From Minutocellus sp. GHC0000111 (taxonomy: Eukaryota): a DNA stretch of 64,000 nucleotides. Shown here piece after piece: positions 60,145-64,000 of the stretch. The notes beneath the pieces were generated by a model that saw nothing but the letters and a program-made list of their open reading frames with translations, was not told where the DNA came from and searched no databases. Position 1 is the first letter of the stretch. Each line of letters begins with the position of its first letter. Position numbers and translations under genes: made by a program. The stretch is from contig OZ361256.1 of the NCBI GenBank assembly GCA_977018835.1, positions 2,914,001 through 2,978,000 on the forward strand, written 5' to 3'.

Positions 60145-62449
60145 ATGTTATCCTTCGCACAAGAAGCCAAGTCCTCGAGAAAAAACAACAAGCCGCCGCC
60201 AGCACATCAACGGCAGTTGCTACGAGTTCTTGCCGTTGCATTTGGCTTTGCCTTGTTTAGCATCCAGAGATCGACCAGAACAGATAGTGCGGCAGATGAA
60301 CTCTCATCTCTGTACGGTGATGTGCAGGAGTGTGCCCACTGGATGCTGTCGGCGGGTGGAGGCTCGGGCACTATCCCAGAACCAGACCTGCACGAGTCCT
60401 ATTATTTAAATGATGGTAATAATGACAACAACGGCGACAAACACAGCATCAATGAATATGCGCAAAAGGTGCAACAGATGGAACGTCTGTTCCCAGAGAG
60501 GCTCGGCACCGCACGCATCAACCGAAGCAGAAGTGTTCAAATACAATCTTGTCGACGGGGACGAGAACAAGAAGAAAAGAGCAAAGAGAACACAGAGAGC
60601 TTGAATACCAATGCAGATGCAAATACAACCGGGGAACGCACGTTGTATTACATTGATGGGTTGGGAGGTTGTCGGCATATGCTACTGCCACCTGCTCAAG
60701 AAGGAAATGAGCAAAACCAAATAAACAGTAGCAACTCAACCATCATCATTTACAATCCACATCAAAATCAGCCACGATTATTTTGCGGTGAAACCATTGG
60801 ACCCGACATGACGCTCCAACTTGTGGTTGAAGAAATACAGAGGATCAATCCTGCAATGATAAAATGTTTGCAGAAAAATGAGCCGTCACGGCTGCACAAT
60901 CAAATACCAGATCCACACAATGCCATGGAATTCCCACCGGTACGGATACGCAACAGGCAAGGGAGCGGAAATGCAAATTTCGTCCAATTCGGTTTGGAAT
61001 GTGACATGGATTGTCAAGAGGAGAAAGGCAGAACTGGTCTTGTCGCTCAGCGGTACATCGATGGCACCGATTGGAAGTTCCAGTTTAGCATGGAGGGGTC
61101 CAAATACTACCCCCAAATTGAAATCAACCCCAATGCGTATCGACAAAATCAGTTTTATGCCACCACCAGCTTTCGCAGCGAAGTCCCAGCGGCATATTTT
61201 TCGTGGGACGAGTACAACCTCTCCAAGCCAGCGGTAGACTATGATCAAGCCATCAAAGGAGCATCGTTTCTTGCAAGAAATTGCGGAAGCCGAAACAATC
61301 GCGAGGCGCTTGTCAAACAAATGATGGATTGGAGAGGCGATAACAATACCTCATTTCGTGTTGACGCACTATCAAAGTGCCTTCACAATGCAGAACCCCA
61401 AAAGGGATGGGATCTGTCGAACAAGGTTGATATCATGCGGCGATATCTGTTTCATCTCAGCTTGGAAAATAGCAACAAGGAGGATTATATCACGGAGAAG
61501 CTTTGGGGTGCACTGGAGAGCGGGTCTGTACCTGTCTATTTTGGTGCTCCGAACGCGAATGATCACGCTCCCCATCATTCCATCATTCTGGCAAATGATT
61601 TCAAGGATGGCGGTGAGCTTGCAGCATTCCTTGCCAAAGTTGCAATGAATCGAACTCTGTACGAATCCTACCATGAGTGGAGAACGAAGCCGCTGACGCT
61701 GGATGAAAAGTTTGTCCGAAAATACAACCATACGCACACCCATTCCGTTTGCCGTTTCTGCCGTTGGTCCTATGCTCGTCGATACGGTTTGGGTTTTGAT
61801 CACGAGTCGCAAACGGTCCAAAGCACAAAATTGAATCGCAAAGCTTGTCTCAGCAAAGATGGATTGCTAACGATGCCGATCATAGAGAGGTGGCAAGATG
61901 ATGAAGGCGGAGCCCTCTTTCCCTGGCTTGGCTCTTTGGGGGATAACAGTTATGGGCAGTGCTTGACCAAAAATATCACCAATGACAATCGATCGAGGCG
62001 ATTTGGCTAAGGGCGGCTGAAGCGCACTATATGGGAGCATGATGGTGTCATCGACTTGCATATTGATCCGATGATGTTTGTGGAAGAAGACGCCACATTT
62101 AGCTTGGATTTATTAATACCAAAAACAGAAGGTGGAGCTTGGGGCACCCAATCCAAGGGGGGAATTCCCTTCCGAGAAAAGTTGTGGATTCAAAACAATG
62201 AAAGCCGAGTAACAGTTATTGCCAAACCAAAGGTTCGCAGCATATTGGCACACGCAGCGACAGATTCATCACCGGCAAGGATTGAAATCATCATCCCATC
62301 TAGTTCCTTGCCTCTCCGAGTGCGCATAATTGTTGATGACGTTGATATCTTTCATTCTGGGGCGGAACAGGACGATACGTTCTTTGCGGAACAGATGGAG
62401 GCTGATTTTAAACAGCCACTTGAGTTCTGAGTTCTTCAAAGTCCCTTAG
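60145..62449 (+). CDS. Alpha-1,3/4-fucosyltransferase (GT10); in-frame TAA at 62008-62010 and a 7-bp duplication near the 3' end
   Basis: Type II TM anchor; SMEG, ASFLARNC, YLFHLSLENSNKEDYITEKLWGALESGSVPVYFG. The frame continues after TAA (GRLKRTIWEHDGVIDL). tgagttc x2 at 62421-62434. Confidence 0.88.
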
Positions 62450-62648
62450 CTTTATACATCAACTAGCTTTCTAGACTACCAAGGTAGGAAACCAGCATGG
62501 TCTAGGTAGAAGCAAATGCAGAATACACGGCGATATGCAAGGTCATGCAAAATATATACTATGCAAACATTGCTTTCCCTCTGTGCCATATATACTTTAC
62601 TATAACTTGTAGAACGTCAGAGAAACCCTTGGGATGAAAATCAACTAG

Positions 62649-63941
62649 CTAGCGGTGCGCCAGCTTCTCATGAAGAACGATATCCTCCACTGATCCCATG
62701 GCCCTGCAGTACCGACAACACACGGAAGGGTGCATCGTGCAGCGCTCCAAATCCACGCACGTACCAATGGGCAGACCCCCCTCGGCAAAGATGATGCGCC
62801 GCGCATCGTCCCCCGGCCGATCGGACAGGCGCTCGATCCTAGGACGTTTCTTCTGCGGCTTCGACGTCGATTGGCTCCGCTCGTACCGTTCCAACGCGGC
62901 TGTTCTCCGCCTCGCAATCTCGGCCGCCAGCCCATCGGCGTCGATGTACTTCTTGTACGAGGCCTCCATCACCTCCGACAGCAGGTACAGCGTCGAGCTG
63001 CAACCCTTCTTGCTTTTCGTTTTCTTCTCGTACATGGCACCCCGCAGCTGGTACAGCTCGGAATCCGACAGCAGGAACAGCTTGGCGTTGGTCTTGTGGA
63101 TCAGATACGCCGACGGGTCGGACAGGGCGCAGGCGGTGCAGGTTCTGGTAAATGTGATGGAATTGGCCAGGGCGCAGAGGGCACCGCACTTGGCGCAAGC
63201 TTTGCTGAGGAGGCAGGATGCTGCCTTCTTATACCCAACGGCGTTGATTACCGTGTCGGATGGTCTGGCAAAGCACGAGAGCATCCTGTTCTCACCGCAC
63301 ACGGTCGATGCCTTGTAGTTGCGAGCCAAGGTGACGGCACGTCCAGTCAGAGTCCCGTACGGTCTCCCCGACTTGGCCGCACGTTCAAACAGTTTCCGCC
63401 AAATGGGAGCCTCATCGACCATGTCCGAGATAGACTTGGAACAGGATGCCAGCCGACCGATATCCCGCAGGGTAAAGATGGGATTCACGAAGCTGTGATG
63501 GCGGAGGGTCACGTCCAGTGCCCCGAGGAGGGCGGGGTCGACCGCCGTTCTAATACATGTGTAGGCCGCGCCATTCCCAGCCTCATTCTCCATCTCTAGC
63601 TTTTCCATTCCACCATATTCTTCTTCCAAGGCCAGTGTCATCTCATGCCTCCCACCACGGGTTGCCGCCTCCACAAATGCACAAATCTCCTGACTAGTGG
63701 CCGGGCTGACCAGGGGAGTTGGATTCGCAACCTCTGGGACGCCGCCATTACCCATACCACGGCGTCGGGGCTGCTTGACCGGCGTCTTGTTCTCCGCCAG
63801 GATCTGGGCCAGATCGTCGTGCGTAATGTCGCACTTGGGGTGAGGTGGAAGTTGATGAAAACCACGGTGAGAGAGCGAGCGCAGGCACATGACCTCGTAA
63901 GGATTTGTTCGGCCAGGAGGGCAAAAAGATACGACCGACAT
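62649..63941 (-). CDS. F-box-like / Cys-rich / XPA-C-terminal-like domain protein (5' end uncertain, may extend beyond the window)
   Basis: LRDIGRLASCSK...IWRKLF, CAKC...CTAC, AKLFLLSDSEL...LYLLSEV...DGLAAE, C-terminal CRYC...H...H. Confidence 0.55.
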   Translation of the reverse strand: MSVVSFCPPGRTNPYEVMCLRSLSHRGFHQLPPHPKCDITHDDLAQILAENKTPVKQPRRRGMGNGGVPEVANPTPLVSPATSQEICAFVEAATRGGRHEMTLALEEEYGGMEKLEMENEAGNGAAYTCIRTAVDPALLGALDVTLRHHSFVNPIFTLRDIGRLASCSKSISDMVDEAPIWRKLFERAAKSGRPYGTLTGRAVTLARNYKASTVCGENRMLSCFARPSDTVINAVGYKKAASCLLSKACAKCGALCALANSITFTRTCTACALSDPSAYLIHKTNAKLFLLSDSELYQLRGAMYEKKTKSKKGCSSTLYLLSEVMEASYKKYIDADGLAAEIARRRTAALERYERSQSTSKPQKKRPRIERLSDRPGDDARRIIFAEGGLPIGTCVDLERCTMHPSVCCRYCRAMGSVEDIVLHEKLAHR

Positions 63942-64000
63942 CCAGCCGCCGCGTGCTGCAGGGGACCAATGCGGATACTTCCACGCCAGCGAACAGAGTT

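Overview
Gene-dense eukaryotic nuclear DNA, most likely from a diatom. This rests on short GT-AG introns, signal peptide + 'AF(AP)'-type plastid presequences, and diatom-type HMG-box and STAND proteins. There are about 27 genes or pseudogenes, including DHCR24 (3' end), RRP7, a SpoU/TrmH methyltransferase, CP12, serine acetyltransferase, an SDR, CUL4, an XRN, a 2OG-Fe(II) oxygenase, a STAND ATPase, an HMG-box factor, a DSP and a glycosyltransferase cluster. Also present are a decayed Transib/Chapaev-like transposon, a 170-bp Tc1/mariner-type MITE and a (GT)91 microsatellite. Two observations stand out. (1) The gene at 23339-26494 carries, in order, all catalytic motifs of class II nucleotidyl cyclases (anthrax edema factor/CyaA/ExoY bacterial toxins), plus a C-terminal calmodulin-binding-like helix. 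(2) Four tracts (~11.5-15.0, ~31.1-31.9, ~50.5-52.1 and ~58.5-59.7 kb) are strongly depleted of TpA. In two of them conserved Tyr codons have become His/Cys (TA->CA/TG), which suggests a repeat-associated A:T->G:C hypermutation process opposite in direction to fungal RIP that leaks into neighbouring genes. Many genes have frameshifts or single in-frame stops, from either assembly error or a decaying haplotype. All homology calls are from motif recognition by eye; no searches were run.
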